Source: a virus
Direction: 5' to 3' (one strand)
Virus record (IMG/VR): IMGVR_UViG_2639763152_000002
DNA: 64,000 nucleotides
Position numbers and translations under genes: made by a program. Shown in pieces: positions 1 to 9,828 of the stretch. The notes under the pieces were generated by a model, which saw only the letters and a list, made by a program, of their open reading frames with translations, did not search any database and was not told the origin of the DNA. Positions within the stretch are counted from its first letter, which is position 1; every line of letters starts with the position of its first letter.

Positions 1-887
1 GTGGCATTGGAGTTCGTGAACGTATACGTCATTGCATCAGCAACACGGTTTGTGTCCTCTGCCTTAATATGAAATTCAGTTAAGATGTCAGAAACGATAT
101 CAGCCGTAACGCCGAGGTCGGTTTGGCCGGCGGCAGCCGTCGCAAGCAAGCCGGGCATAGCACCGATAATTTGGTTCGTCTTATAGCCGGCCATCGCTAA
201 ATACTGCATGCCTTCGGCTACTTGCCCATCCGTATATTGCGTAACAGCGCCGAGATGTCTAGCTGTTTCTGTTAATGATGCCAATTGATCGTCCGTTGCG
301 TTCGCCAATGCGGCGACACGGCTCATATCTTTCTCGAAGCTTGCTGCGGCCTTAACGGTTGCACCGATCCCAAGCGCTCCGGCTGCACCAATCCCCGCTA
401 ACGCCTTTCCTGTGGCTGTTGCGGATTTATAAACAGCGGTCAGCTCTTCTGATACATCCTTTGAATCCTTTTTAAAAACAGAAAAAACACCTGCAGCCCG
501 ACTGCTGCTGTCTGACATGCTTTGAAACTCTTTGCTGACTTTATTCAGCTCTTTGCCGAGGTTCTCATGAACCGCAATAGCATCATTCAAACGCCGCGCC
601 TGAATCTGTGTCTCCCGGTTGTCTTTTCCTTTCTGTCTGACCAGTTCTTCATACCGTTGACGGTGTTCTTGGACTAATCTGCCTTGAATCTTATACTTAT
701 TGCTTAAGCCCTCCATCTGTGATTGCAAGAGCTTTGATTGGTTGCCGACATTTTTATAAATGCTTCCGGCTGCCTTCATTTCTGAATTTGCCAGGCGCAT
801 CTGCCTTTTTAAGCCCTCAATTCCTCGGTTAAATCCTGTATCATCAAGGCCGACCTTAACGACCATATTTCCTATAGGTTGAGCCAT
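1..887 (-). CDS. Tail tape measure protein, N-terminal part (runs off the left edge)
   Basis: ATG at 887 (MAQPIGNMVVKVGLDDTGFNRG...). Ala-rich TP901-type TMP sequence, identical to the 5' part of the TMP at 43806. Confidence 0.9.
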   Translation of the reverse strand, partial: MAQPIGNMVVKVGLDDTGFNRGIEGLKRQMRLANSEMKAAGSIYKNVGNQSKLLQSQMEGLSNKYKIQGRLVQEHRQRYEELVRQKGKDNRETQIQARRLNDAIAVHENLGKELNKVSKEFQSMSDSSSRAAGVFSVFKKDSKDVSEELTAVYKSATATGKALAGIGAAGALGIGATVKAAASFEKDMSRVAALANATDDQLASLTETARHLGAVTQYTDGQVAEGMQYLAMAGYKTNQIIGAMPGLLATAAAGQTDLGVTADIVSDILTEFHIKAEDTNRVADAMTYTFTNSNA

Positions 888-922
888 ATGTATCCACCCC
901 GCTTTCCTGGCAAAGATTCAAC

Positions 923-948
923 AAAAAAGACAGGCTATAAGCCCGTCT
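923..948 (-). terminator. Intrinsic terminator between tail assembly chaperone and TMP
   Basis: Minus strand AGACGGGCT-TAT-AGCCTGTCT followed by TTTTT. Confidence 0.6.
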
Positions 949-1141
949 AAAAGAAGACATCTTCAAATTTCACTTCTTCTGGTTTATTGGTTTCGGTCAA
1001 TATCTCTAAATAGTGATATATGTCCATCTCGTCAATTGCGTTCATACTCCACCCTTGTTGCAGGAGAGTAGCGTAAATTTCATTTATTTGCTCGATTCCG
1101 CGCTCGTAGGTGTATTCTTCTCCGTCTGTTCCGGCAAAAAA
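947..1141 (-). CDS. Frameshift extension of tail assembly chaperone (lambda gpGT-like), reached by -1 slip
   Basis: The -1 frame after T TTT TTG (1141-1135) is open to TAG at 947: FAGTDGEEYTYERGIEQINEIYATLLQQGWSMNAIDEMDIYHYLEIL... Confidence 0.75.
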   Translation of the reverse strand, partial: FFAGTDGEEYTYERGIEQINEIYATLLQQGWSMNAIDEMDIYHYLEILTETNKPEEVKFEDVFF

Positions 1142-1461
1142 TCCTGATCAGCAGCCTCAATTTCTTTATAGCCGGCAACTTCCGAGAGAATGCGGCTCAC
1201 TTCTTTCGCAACTTCAAAAGATTCCAGCCCCTCAAATAATTGATCATAAGTAAATTGATTGCGGAATATCCCAACAATAAATTGCAGCTGTTTTTCGAGG
1301 ATTTTGATGCTTTTCTCCAAATTATCCGCTGTTTTTTCCGCTTCTGCATTTAATCGTAATGCTTCAAGAAGTGTTTTTGTATTGGTCCGGGGTGCAATAA
1401 ATGTTTTGAATTTCTTTTCATCTTCGAACCATAGTTTAATAGAGATATGTTTTTGAGCCAT
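1084..1461 (-). CDS. Tail assembly chaperone (gpG-like)
   Basis: 125 aa, located between major tail protein and TMP, with a slippery heptamer near its 3' end. Confidence 0.8.
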   Translation of the reverse strand: MAQKHISIKLWFEDEKKFKTFIAPRTNTKTLLEALRLNAEAEKTADNLEKSIKILEKQLQFIVGIFRNQFTYDQLFEGLESFEVAKEVSRILSEVAGYKEIEAADQDFLPEQTEKNTPTSAESSK

Positions 1462-1526
1462 GTTGACTCCTCCTTTTTATACGAATACAAAGGGAAGGAA
1501 GCTCTTAAGCTTCCCTAATCCCTAAG

Positions 1527-2134
1527 TTAAGCACCTAGATCTGTACTTGTTTTTTGATCGGAAGTGGATGATGTATAGGCACTGCCATACACTTTTTCAT
1601 AAAACTTATCTAAATCGAAATTAGGAGCATCTTCATCCGCGATCACTTTATATACATCATCTTGGTCTCTTTCAAGAAATTCAGCTGACAACTTAGAAGT
1701 TTGAAAGTCCACTTTTTCTTTTTTTGTATTCCAGTCGTCATCAGGCAGCGTAAACCGACCTTGGACTAAGCCGACATATCGTCTTTTTCCATTAGCTTTC
1801 ACACCAAAGAAAGTCATAGCAATCCAAGGCGGAGTAACATTCTTCTTAAATAAATACAGTCCATCTGTGGTTTCCTCTATCCCAAACAAATTGACAAGGT
1901 GTTCTGGCGGAACATCTCTCATCTCTAAGTCTATTTCGTTGAACCAGTTGAAACAGCAAGGTCAACTACCTTGTTATCAGCATATTGCTTTTCTGTAGAT
2001 GAATCAGTTGCCATCTTTGCATTTATTGCATGTGGATAGTCGACAATCTTGCTGGCAACCCACAAGCCGTTTTCTTTTTTTAATGGTGCGTATTGAACGC
2101 CTTCTAATCCCACCATTGAGCTGTATTCAGGCAT
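1527..2134 (-). CDS. Major tail protein (phi13-like), split by a 1-nt deletion at ~1933
   Basis: Two ORFs (1931-2137, 1527-1922). Copy 2 has ctaagtctaatttcg where copy 1 has ctaagtctatttcg, which restores the frame. Confidence 0.85.
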
Positions 2135-2148
2135 CATAAAACCTCCGA

Positions 2149-2532
2149 TTATAATAAAATGTTTGCCTCAAACCGATAACCTTTTCGAATGAGGCGCTCT
2201 GATTGTAAAAATTCATTGATAAGAACTGTCGTTTGAAAATCCAGTTTCCCCATAACATCCAAGATAGCTGCCATAATTGGATCACACGACTGGTTGTGAT
2301 ACACATCAATTTGATACAAAGTGCTATCTTTAATTGGATACCCGTCTGCCCATTCAGTCGTTCTGTACTCTAATTCTTGAACCACAATGTAAGGAGGTTG
2401 GCTTTCCAAACCTTCTGGCACAGCCAGTTCATAGATGTTTTCAGGGCCAGTCAGCATCAAAAGCGCCGGATCTTTTTCCAACGCTTCAAATACTTTATTT
2501 TTTAGTTGTGATGATCTTTCTACTAGATTCAC
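2149..2532 (-). CDS. Tail terminator / completion protein (DUF3168-like)
   Basis: 127 aa with PPYIV...YQIDVY motif; position upstream of MTP. Confidence 0.7.
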   Translation of the reverse strand: MNLVERSSQLKNKVFEALEKDPALLMLTGPENIYELAVPEGLESQPPYIVVQELEYRTTEWADGYPIKDSTLYQIDVYHNQSCDPIMAAILDVMGKLDFQTTVLINEFLQSERLIRKGYRFEANILL

Positions 2533-2927
2533 AGTTTAAAGCCTGCCTTTATGACTTTTTCCATTGCATCAAGCATCTTGCCATTCGCCTTTACCATACT
2601 CCGGTGAATAAATGGATTGGCAGCTTGATGGAGCGTGCCGAATTCGGGCAAGTGAACACGGAATTTTGTATCTTTTGTAGGGCCTACAACTGCGTATATC
2701 TCTCCGTCTTCGTCCCGCCTGATACGGCTGCCGACTATAATATCATCGTCAATGTGCGGATGACTTCCGCCAATGGAAGAGCGTGGCGCTTCATCGTTGA
2801 TCTCTGCCGCTAAAATTGTTCCTCCTGCTTTCACAGCTGCTTTATGGATTTTTTCATCCTTACGGGCCAGTTCTGCGAAAGTGGACTCCAATTCTCTAAA
2901 ACCTTTCAATTCCAGTTCGAAATTCAT
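2529..2927 (-). CDS. HK97 gp10-like tail component
   Basis: 132 aa with EFGT..Q.ANPFI motif; position in the head-tail region. Confidence 0.85.
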   Translation of the reverse strand: MNFELELKGFRELESTFAELARKDEKIHKAAVKAGGTILAAEINDEAPRSSIGGSHPHIDDDIIVGSRIRRDEDGEIYAVVGPTKDTKFRVHLPEFGTLHQAANPFIHRSMVKANGKMLDAMEKVIKAGFKL

Positions 2928-3242
2928 TTAACTCACCACATTTGCCTTGATCGTAATAAAATGGCGGCGCGAATAGTTCGGCAAGATAGCATCAATTTCG
3001 TATGTTTTTCCCTGAAAGACGATTCGCATGTGTTCATTGATATCTTCTCGGTGCCGAATTGTAAATTGAACTGTTTTTTCTTTTTGTATGGCCGCTGCAG
3101 CATAATATTCCCGGCCCTTTAAGCCCTCCGCCTTTGCCCAGCATTCAATAACTGTTTCCCAGCTATCATTTCCCTCCACAGGCAGACGGCCGCCGAGCTT
3201 CTTTTTTTGTAATTGAATGCGGTAACGCATATCATTCAGCAT
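2928..3242 (-). CDS. Head closure / head-tail adaptor (SPP1 gp16-like)
   Basis: 104 aa with WAK.EGLKGREYYAA and FTIRHREDI motifs. Confidence 0.85.
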   Translation of the reverse strand: MLNDMRYRIQLQKKKLGGRLPVEGNDSWETVIECWAKAEGLKGREYYAAAAIQKEKTVQFTIRHREDINEHMRIVFQGKTYEIDAILPNYSRRHFITIKANVVS

Positions 3243-3534
3243 CTGACGCCCTCCCTGGCAATGTATATTTCAGCTGATTGATTAACGAGGTCAGCACACC
3301 GTCTAAATTAGATGTTGTGCCGGCTATTTCCCTGTTCTCATACCAATGTGCCACAAAAGCATTTACGCACATGGCGGCCCGTGCTGATTGATTGGGAAAA
3401 GCAAGGCCAGTTGCCGAAGTGATGTATTCTTTTGCGGAGGCAATGAACGCGAGAATTAAATCGTCCTCCAGGTCACCATCAACCCGGAGGAATTTTTTCG
3501 CTTTTTCTAATTCTATTTTTTCAGCTTCTGTCAT
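3232..3534 (-). CDS. Head-tail connector (HK97 gp6 / SPP1 gp15-like)
   Basis: AKKFLRVDGDLEDDLI...HWYENRE motif. Confidence 0.9.
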   Translation of the reverse strand: MTEAEKIELEKAKKFLRVDGDLEDDLILAFIASAKEYITSATGLAFPNQSARAAMCVNAFVAHWYENREIAGTTSNLDGVLTSLINQLKYTLPGRASDAE

Positions 3535-3551
3535 CTGGCATCACTTGCCTT

Positions 3552-3968
3552 TCATTCTGCAGGAGTAGTTGATTTCAGTTCATCAATTTGTTTTTGCATA
3601 CCATCAAGTACAGCCTTCACTTCACTGTTCAGATGATCCATCATGACGCTGCTTGTTCCAATGTTATTGCTGCGAACTGATTTGTCAGCAAGCATTTCAT
3701 GTACAATGCTGCCCTCATCAATAACTGCTGGATCACCTTTTTCGCCTTTAGGACCTTGCTCGCCTGTTTCACCTTTCGGACCAGCAGGACCAGGTTCCCC
3801 CTGCGGTCCTTGTTCACCCGGATCCCCTTTAAGCCCCTTTACAAAGAGTGGGTTTTCTTCACTATTGTCAGCAACAGAAATATCCGTAATAGGCGCTCCT
3901 TCCCCGTTGTCTCTTGCTGACGTTAGCACACCGTTACTTTCGTTTAGAATGTTGTTTAGTTTTGTCAT
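3552..3968 (-). CDS. Collagen-like protein (putative head fibre or decoration)
   Basis: About 12 Gly-X-Y triplets (GLKGDPGEQGPQGEPGPAGPKGETGEQGPKGEKGDP) and a C-terminal coiled coil; directly after the capsid gene. Confidence 0.75.
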   Translation of the reverse strand: MTKLNNILNESNGVLTSARDNGEGAPITDISVADNSEENPLFVKGLKGDPGEQGPQGEPGPAGPKGETGEQGPKGEKGDPAVIDEGSIVHEMLADKSVRSNNIGTSSVMMDHLNSEVKAVLDGMQKQIDELKSTTPAE

Positions 3969-3990
3969 CTTTTAATCAATCCTTTCAGTA

Positions 3991-5283
3991 TTAGTTTCCA
4001 AGATCAGCAGATTGTTCAGGTGTTTCCACTTTTGCATCCTCACCAACAACAAGATCAGTTACAATGATTGCAGCTTCTGGATCCACTACTTTTCCGTCGA
4101 ACCGCTCAATACCGCGGAAATATGTCTGATCCGTAAGAAAGGCATCTCCGCCAACATCTGTAGATTTGATTTCAAATTTTTGACGATCAAACATGAAGTA
4201 GCCGCGTTTAAAGTCGCCGAAAAGAATGTGTGTTTTCTGTGTTTTATCATCCGTAAGGACTTCATCATAGATTTCAACCGGACGCCCAAATAGCAAGAAA
4301 TTATCCTCATTTCTTGGATCCTCCGCTAAAATGCCGCGGCCGTTTTTGTCTTCGATATTTGCTAGCGTTTCAAATGCTTCAGTATTCATCACCCAAACAG
4401 CGTTACGTCGATAACCGCGCTTAATTTGGTTTTTCACTTTTCTTAAAAACTTAATCGTAATGAGTGACGGCGCTTTAATAGACTTGAATTTGCCGCTGCT
4501 AATGATACCTTCAACGTTTTTCTCTCCGCCGTCTCCATAAAAAATTTCATCATTCTCTGTTACAACGGCTGATTCAGACAGCCAGTCCACGATCTCTTGA
4601 ACAAAATTCACAAATGAATCATTTAACAACTCACTGGAAACAGGCATGATTCCGGCGAATTTCTTGACGTTATACCAAATTTGATCAAATTCCATATTCT
4701 TCAGTTCTTTAATCTGTTCTTTCTCCGCTGTGTTATAAAGTTTTCCGGCAACGCCTTTACGAACCGTATAATTTCCGGATGGCGCAGTTTTCGGAACAAC
4801 ACGGATCAGATTACGAACAGAGTTTAGTTCCTGGATAGATTTCAAAATTTCTTTTGAAATATCATCCGGCACTGTATAGCCGCCATCTTTATCGCTGCCT
4901 GCAGATAATGAACGGTTTTCTTTCAAAACGCGTTCCATCATGTTTCGTTCTTCTGTTTCAAGATCATGGCTGTGGCCGGTTAGCACCTTCAACCACGCTT
5001 CCCGGTATTCTTTCGTCGCTGTTAAGATATTACGATCTTCCGTCTCTTTCTTCGGTTCACTTTTGATTTCTGCAGAAAAGTTTCGTTCCTCGCCAATCTC
5101 CGGAAGTTCTAAACTGCGGCCCTCTGTCATTAATTCAATTTGACTCTGCAGCTCTTTTGCTTCTTCCAGCATGCTGCGAGCTTCTTCAGGCTTTCCATCC
5201 TCCAAAAGGTTTGAAGCCTCTTGTTTCTTTTGTGTGAATTTTTGTCTTAATTCACGTTCCTTTTTTGTCATTGCTACTGGCAT
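3991..5283 (-). CDS. Major capsid protein, HK97 fold
   Basis: N-terminal coiled-coil delta domain, DGGYTVP motif, C-terminal R.DGKVV. RBS aaggagg before ATG at 5283. Confidence 0.95.
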   Translation of the reverse strand: MPVAMTKKERELRQKFTQKKQEASNLLEDGKPEEARSMLEEAKELQSQIELMTEGRSLELPEIGEERNFSAEIKSEPKKETEDRNILTATKEYREAWLKVLTGHSHDLETEERNMMERVLKENRSLSAGSDKDGGYTVPDDISKEILKSIQELNSVRNLIRVVPKTAPSGNYTVRKGVAGKLYNTAEKEQIKELKNMEFDQIWYNVKKFAGIMPVSSELLNDSFVNFVQEIVDWLSESAVVTENDEIFYGDGGEKNVEGIISSGKFKSIKAPSLITIKFLRKVKNQIKRGYRRNAVWVMNTEAFETLANIEDKNGRGILAEDPRNEDNFLLFGRPVEIYDEVLTDDKTQKTHILFGDFKRGYFMFDRQKFEIKSTDVGGDAFLTDQTYFRGIERFDGKVVDPEAAIIVTDLVVGEDAKVETPEQSADLGN

Positions 5284-5321
5284 TCGGGTATCCTCCTTAG
5301 ATTTGAACATAAAAAATAGAC

Positions 5322-5948
5322 CTATAACGTTAGGTCTAAAAGTTCCAATTCGATTTTTAGTTTTTCTATTGGCGCATCGCGCATTTCTTTAATCTGTTCA
5401 ACTTTTTCTAAACTGCGTTCACCGATCACAGCCTCCGTATCGTTATAAGCAGGCGTTGTAACAAGTGATATGTCAAAAATACGCTCGATGTTATTGATTC
5501 GACGTTCATATACATCTTCTTCATCATTATGACGCCATTCATCCGGCTCATTCTTGTTATAATTCAGTGAAAAGGCGAAGGAACACTGATTAATGACTCC
5601 GCTTCTGATATTCTCCATTAAATCTTTAGCATACGTCGTATCTGTGGGGGTAAAACGGAATTTTAGACCAATAGCATCTGTCTCTAATTCAAGCCGCCCA
5701 GCATCGCCAGAAACGGTGTTTCTCGCTAACGGATAATCCTGGCGGTGATTAAAAAGCGCTACTACGTTTGAAAGGTCCGTGGAAGCTAATGCATCCCGGC
5801 TGATGATTTCTTTAAACCATCCACCTAAACGCTCAGACCATTTTTCAAATTTTAAGGCGTAACCCTCAATAAAATCTCTTTTCTCTTCTCCTTCACCAGC
5901 AGAACGCAACTCAATCTTCGTTGTTAGGTGGCGAACTTCCTTGCTCAT
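5322..5948 (-). CDS. Prohead maturation protease (HK97 family)
   Basis: IEGYA..F, ALFNH, SFAF and DISLVT.PAY motifs. Confidence 0.95.
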   Translation of the reverse strand: MSKEVRHLTTKIELRSAGEGEEKRDFIEGYALKFEKWSERLGGWFKEIISRDALASTDLSNVVALFNHRQDYPLARNTVSGDAGRLELETDAIGLKFRFTPTDTTYAKDLMENIRSGVINQCSFAFSLNYNKNEPDEWRHNDEEDVYERRINNIERIFDISLVTTPAYNDTEAVIGERSLEKVEQIKEMRDAPIEKLKIELELLDLTL

Positions 5949-7191
5949 GTATGTCCTCACCTCCCTTAACGGAACCTGATTTGTTCATTTGATACTCCTC
6001 CAATGAATCAAGGAATGTATAGTTAAGCGATACAAGGTGCCTATCACCGTGTTCAATTGCGTTTTTCTCTTCAAAAGCACGAATTTCATTTATATTTAAT
6101 GCACTGATCCGTTCCATAATTTCATAATACTCCGCCCTAGATTTCGCATCACCGCGCAGCTCGCTGTTTACGTTGAATTTGATATAGAACCCATCTTTAA
6201 TCTCTTCATCAGTAAAGAGTTTCGTAATAATTTCCTGTTCAAAAGAAACCAGCCACGGCTGCAGCGTGTTTTTTACGTATTCAATCGATTGGTGTTCAAT
6301 ATTATTGAATGTTGCCCGGTCCAGCTCATTGATTTTATGCAATGGAACTTTAAAAATAGATGCGATTTGTGCCTTATTAAATTTCATAGACTCCACAAAC
6401 TGAGCTTCTTGCAACGGCATAGATATTGATTCATAAGAAAGACCGGCATCTATAATTGCAATGTTCCGCCCGGCATTTACCTTTTCCCATTCATCTCTCG
6501 CCCGCTGTTTTGCATCTTCGTCTATTAAAGTCGGAACTTTTAAGATTCCCCGTGGTGTCGCATCATTTTTATATAATTTCGCATTAAATTTTGTGGCAGC
6601 CGATTGCGCGCCAATATGCTCCCTTATAACTCCGATAGGACTCTTACCGTTGATCCCGTCTTCTGTCATACCCTTGAAATGCAGGATCTCATCTGCATAC
6701 AATTCAACACTTTTTGAATTAATGACAGTTTCATACCACAGCATACCTGTGTTTGGGTTTACATAGGCTTGCGTATTGGCGGGGTTTAATGGCAATAGAG
6801 CTGTTATAAAGCCATTCCGATCTGTTTTTATATAAGAATAGGCATTCCCCCACGTACAAGCATGAGTCATCATGAGCTTTTTCCAAGTAAAAGCCGTCAT
6901 GTATTGATTCGGCTTTAGATAAAGCAATTGGGCAACAGGATGATCCATACTGCTTATAATATTTCCTTGCTTTTTTTTGAATGTATGGACGGCAAGCTTC
7001 GCAATGTCATCAGACAAAACATTTATACACGAAAAAACATCCGGATGGATGAGTGCCGTTGATTCACTGACACGTTCACCGCTAGCTGTTTTTGAGCCGC
7101 CGAACATATCTATAATCCAATCAGGAGGATTTGCGAGGCCCCAAGGCTCTTCATCATTTGATCTCTTAGAAAACAGCCCTTCCAAAAACAA
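5911..7191 (-). CDS. Portal protein, HK97 family
   Basis: 426 aa with WGNAY, ILHFKG...G.SPI and IASIFKVP motifs. Confidence 0.95.
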   Translation of the reverse strand: MFLEGLFSKRSNDEEPWGLANPPDWIIDMFGGSKTASGERVSESTALIHPDVFSCINVLSDDIAKLAVHTFKKKQGNIISSMDHPVAQLLYLKPNQYMTAFTWKKLMMTHACTWGNAYSYIKTDRNGFITALLPLNPANTQAYVNPNTGMLWYETVINSKSVELYADEILHFKGMTEDGINGKSPIGVIREHIGAQSAATKFNAKLYKNDATPRGILKVPTLIDEDAKQRARDEWEKVNAGRNIAIIDAGLSYESISMPLQEAQFVESMKFNKAQIASIFKVPLHKINELDRATFNNIEHQSIEYVKNTLQPWLVSFEQEIITKLFTDEEIKDGFYIKFNVNSELRGDAKSRAEYYEIMERISALNINEIRAFEEKNAIEHGDRHLVSLNYTFLDSLEEYQMNKSGSVKGGEDIHEQGSSPPNNED

Positions 7192-7195
7192 TTAA

Positions 7196-7366
7196 TCACC
7201 TCCTTTTCTTACTGAGCAGCAGTGCATAAAATATAAAAAAGACACCTGTCAAAACAAGACCGATGTCTGTGTGCAAACGATATGCAGCTGCCAATATAAA
7301 AGCAGCACCTATGATAAAAAGAAAATCATTTAAAAAAAGCATCATGGCTGTCAGTATTTTCTTCAC
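7196..7366 (-). CDS. Small membrane protein between TerL and portal (not in the ORF track)
   Basis: GTG start; 56 aa, MKKILTAMMLFLNDFLFIIGAAFILAAAYRLHTDIGLVLTGVFFIFYALLLSKKRR; two hydrophobic segments. Confidence 0.7.
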   Translation of the reverse strand: MKKILTAMMLFLNDFLFIIGAAFILAAAYRLHTDIGLVLTGVFFIFYALLLSKKRR

Positions 7367-7379
7367 TTCTACACCACCT

Positions 7380-9089
7380 TTAGAAAGAAAATGAAGCTGA
7401 CTTGATATATGCGTTTAAATCAACCTCATTATTGATTTGAGAAGCCCGTACATACGCATTCACAAGCGCGGCTGCCGGGTCAATCCGTTGGGTTGATTTT
7501 GATTTATCCAGCATGATGTTCTCTTGAGCATCCACTTTTGTTACAGCGTTCCCCATTGCCCAAGTTAGAAGATCATTTTTCGGGTGTATGATTTTTTTGG
7601 ACTTGACCTTTGCTCTGAAATCTTTTGTCGGCTCTGAGAGAGTTGCCACCCCTTGGCGGATTTCAACCATTACATATCCGTCTGCCTCCATTTGCTGAGC
7701 GAACTGAGTAGCGTTATATGGATCGTATCCAATTTCCTTGATACGCCAGCCATGTTCCTTCTCCATTTTCTTAATATACGCTCTGATATAATCGTAATCG
7801 ACGACAGCACCATCTGTTGTTGTTAACCAGTTCTTTTTCTCCCATACATCGTAAGGGACCTTATCCGTGTTCATCCGCTCATGGAATGTATCCTCTGGCA
7901 TAAAGCCGTGACTATCAACCGCAAAACTGCCGTCATCTAACGGGAAGATGAAAGATGCGGCGGTTAAATCAATCGTTTTTGACAAGTCAATGCCGACATA
8001 ACATTCTCGGTTCTTAAGCTCAGGAAATTCATCCGAACCGCAATCAGCCCAAGCTTGCATATCCATATAACCATTCTCGCGCATATTAACCCAAATGTTC
8101 ATATTCTTTGTCATGAAATTTCTCATTTTCTCCGGCACAGCAAGCGCTACTTCCAATTCTCCACGTAAATAATTCAGCCCATGTTCGTTAGCTGCCACAA
8201 TAGGGTTTGCTTTTATCCAATTGCGCTCATCTTTAATGTCATCGTCTTTATCTAATTCATTAATCATCACAAAATACTTTTCATTTTGCTCAACTTTATT
8301 GGGATCCAGTATACGTGAAACGTAATCGTATTCCACACGATAGGCGGGATTATTTAGCTCAAACCCTGCTGTCGTAATAATCATCATTAACGGTTGAGCA
8401 CGAGCAGCCATACCAGAAGCGAGTACATCGTAAATCTCTGAAGTTTTATGGGCGTGATATTCATCGATGATGCCGCATTGCGGGTTGAACCCGTCCCCCG
8501 TTTTACCTGCATCTTTCGAAAGCGCCTCTATTTTTGACTGTGTTTTGGGATGTTCAATCTTACCGTAAGCAATTCGGTATTTCTTCTCCGGCTTATTCAA
8601 AAGGTCACTTTGCATAATCTGCGCTTTAATTTCGTTCCAACAGATTTTCGCCTGTTCCGTTTTTGTTGCACCTATGTAAACCTCGGACATGTATTCGTCG
8701 TTAGCCATTGCCTCATAGGATCCAACACATGCCAGGCTTTGTGTTTTTGTGTTTTTACGGCCAACCTGCCAATACACTTTTTTAAATCGTCGATAACCGT
8801 TATCCTTATGCACCCACCCGTACACATTGCCGAAAATAAATATTTGAATAGGCTCCGGCACAATATTTTCACCTTGCAACGGCCCTTTCGTATGCTTGAA
8901 TTGTGTCATCCAGTAAAGAAATCGACGCGCTTTCTCATCATCAAAGACGTACGGAAATTCTCTGGTACCTTCCCGGCTGATATCATTTAAAAAGCGCTGA
9001 CAAGCCCATACGTGTTTTTCACATGCGACAATCTCACCCGATATAACGTCACGTGAGTAATCAATAAGAAATTGTTTTATTGTCTTCAT
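7380..9089 (-). CDS. terL: Terminase large subunit
   Basis: 569 aa; VGRKNTKT Walker A, GIIDEYH Walker B, nuclease GIDLS...D and RIDPAAA motifs. Confidence 0.97.
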   Translation of the reverse strand: MKTIKQFLIDYSRDVISGEIVACEKHVWACQRFLNDISREGTREFPYVFDDEKARRFLYWMTQFKHTKGPLQGENIVPEPIQIFIFGNVYGWVHKDNGYRRFKKVYWQVGRKNTKTQSLACVGSYEAMANDEYMSEVYIGATKTEQAKICWNEIKAQIMQSDLLNKPEKKYRIAYGKIEHPKTQSKIEALSKDAGKTGDGFNPQCGIIDEYHAHKTSEIYDVLASGMAARAQPLMMIITTAGFELNNPAYRVEYDYVSRILDPNKVEQNEKYFVMINELDKDDDIKDERNWIKANPIVAANEHGLNYLRGELEVALAVPEKMRNFMTKNMNIWVNMRENGYMDMQAWADCGSDEFPELKNRECYVGIDLSKTIDLTAASFIFPLDDGSFAVDSHGFMPEDTFHERMNTDKVPYDVWEKKNWLTTTDGAVVDYDYIRAYIKKMEKEHGWRIKEIGYDPYNATQFAQQMEADGYVMVEIRQGVATLSEPTKDFRAKVKSKKIIHPKNDLLTWAMGNAVTKVDAQENIMLDKSKSTQRIDPAAALVNAYVRASQINNEVDLNAYIKSASFSF

Positions 9090-9601
9090 ACATTACCAAA
9101 CTCCTTTTCCGCAGCGGTCTTTTCTCGTTCCTCCTGGGTGCGGGTAATAGCGAGTTTTGCTCGAGCAGATGGCGTAAGGCCGAAATCATTCGCAGCTGAT
9201 TTCATTTGATCATAGTAATTCTTTTGCCGCTTCAATAACGGATGCTCTTCACCAATCAACTGAATAGGATTTCCATCCTCATCCTGTCCCTCGGTATGAA
9301 CCATGATCCCATCTTTTTCAATGATTTCTGAAATCGAAATATACTGAGAGTATGCATTACAATAGGCGGCCAACATGCTGATATCTGCTTCAGTGATAAT
9401 CTCCACCTCAGATAACAAAGCAGCAACCCTTTTAAATTCTTTTTTCGCAATTTTATTTAACCAAGGTGGCGCTTTAATATTGTCGGAGCGCATTTTTATC
9501 TTTTTTTCATGCTCAGCACGCGCAGCCAGCTCATCCGTATTCTTTTTGTTGGGATTACCTTGAATTAGTTGAAGTGTTGCAGATTTAGCAGGTCTCGGCA
9601 T
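9086..9601 (-). CDS. terS: Terminase small subunit, P27 family
   Basis: MPRPAKSA...APPWL...HPLL...FGLTPSAR motifs. Confidence 0.93.
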   Translation of the reverse strand: MPRPAKSATLQLIQGNPNKKNTDELAARAEHEKKIKMRSDNIKAPPWLNKIAKKEFKRVAALLSEVEIITEADISMLAAYCNAYSQYISISEIIEKDGIMVHTEGQDEDGNPIQLIGEEHPLLKRQKNYYDQMKSAANDFGLTPSARAKLAITRTQEEREKTAAEKEFGNV

Positions 9602-9828
9602 GTTTTCACCTCATTCCTTTCAAAAAAGTACGTTTTTTTGCTTGTTTTTTTCATCAATCGTGATACGATGGAATCAATCATAAAACCAGTCATATCAAGC
9701 CCTCTCGGCAAATTCGCCGAGGGGGCTTTCTGCTGTTTCCGGAACTTTGAAAAGCGGTGTTTGTTTACAGAAGGGGGATCGCCGTTCTCCGTTCGTTTCC
9801 CTTCCAGAGATTTGTTAGGGGGGGAGGG
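9602..9828 (-). other. Probable cos region
   Basis: Non-coding gap between HNH and terS with CCCCCC tract and GC-rich GAACGGCGATCCCCC. This is the position of cos in HK97/phi105-like phages. The exact cut site is not determinable. Confidence 0.5.

Noticed and set aside
1527-2137. Major tail protein as two genes or a programmed frameshift
   Set aside because: Copy 2 has the extra base at that position, so the split is an error in copy 1.
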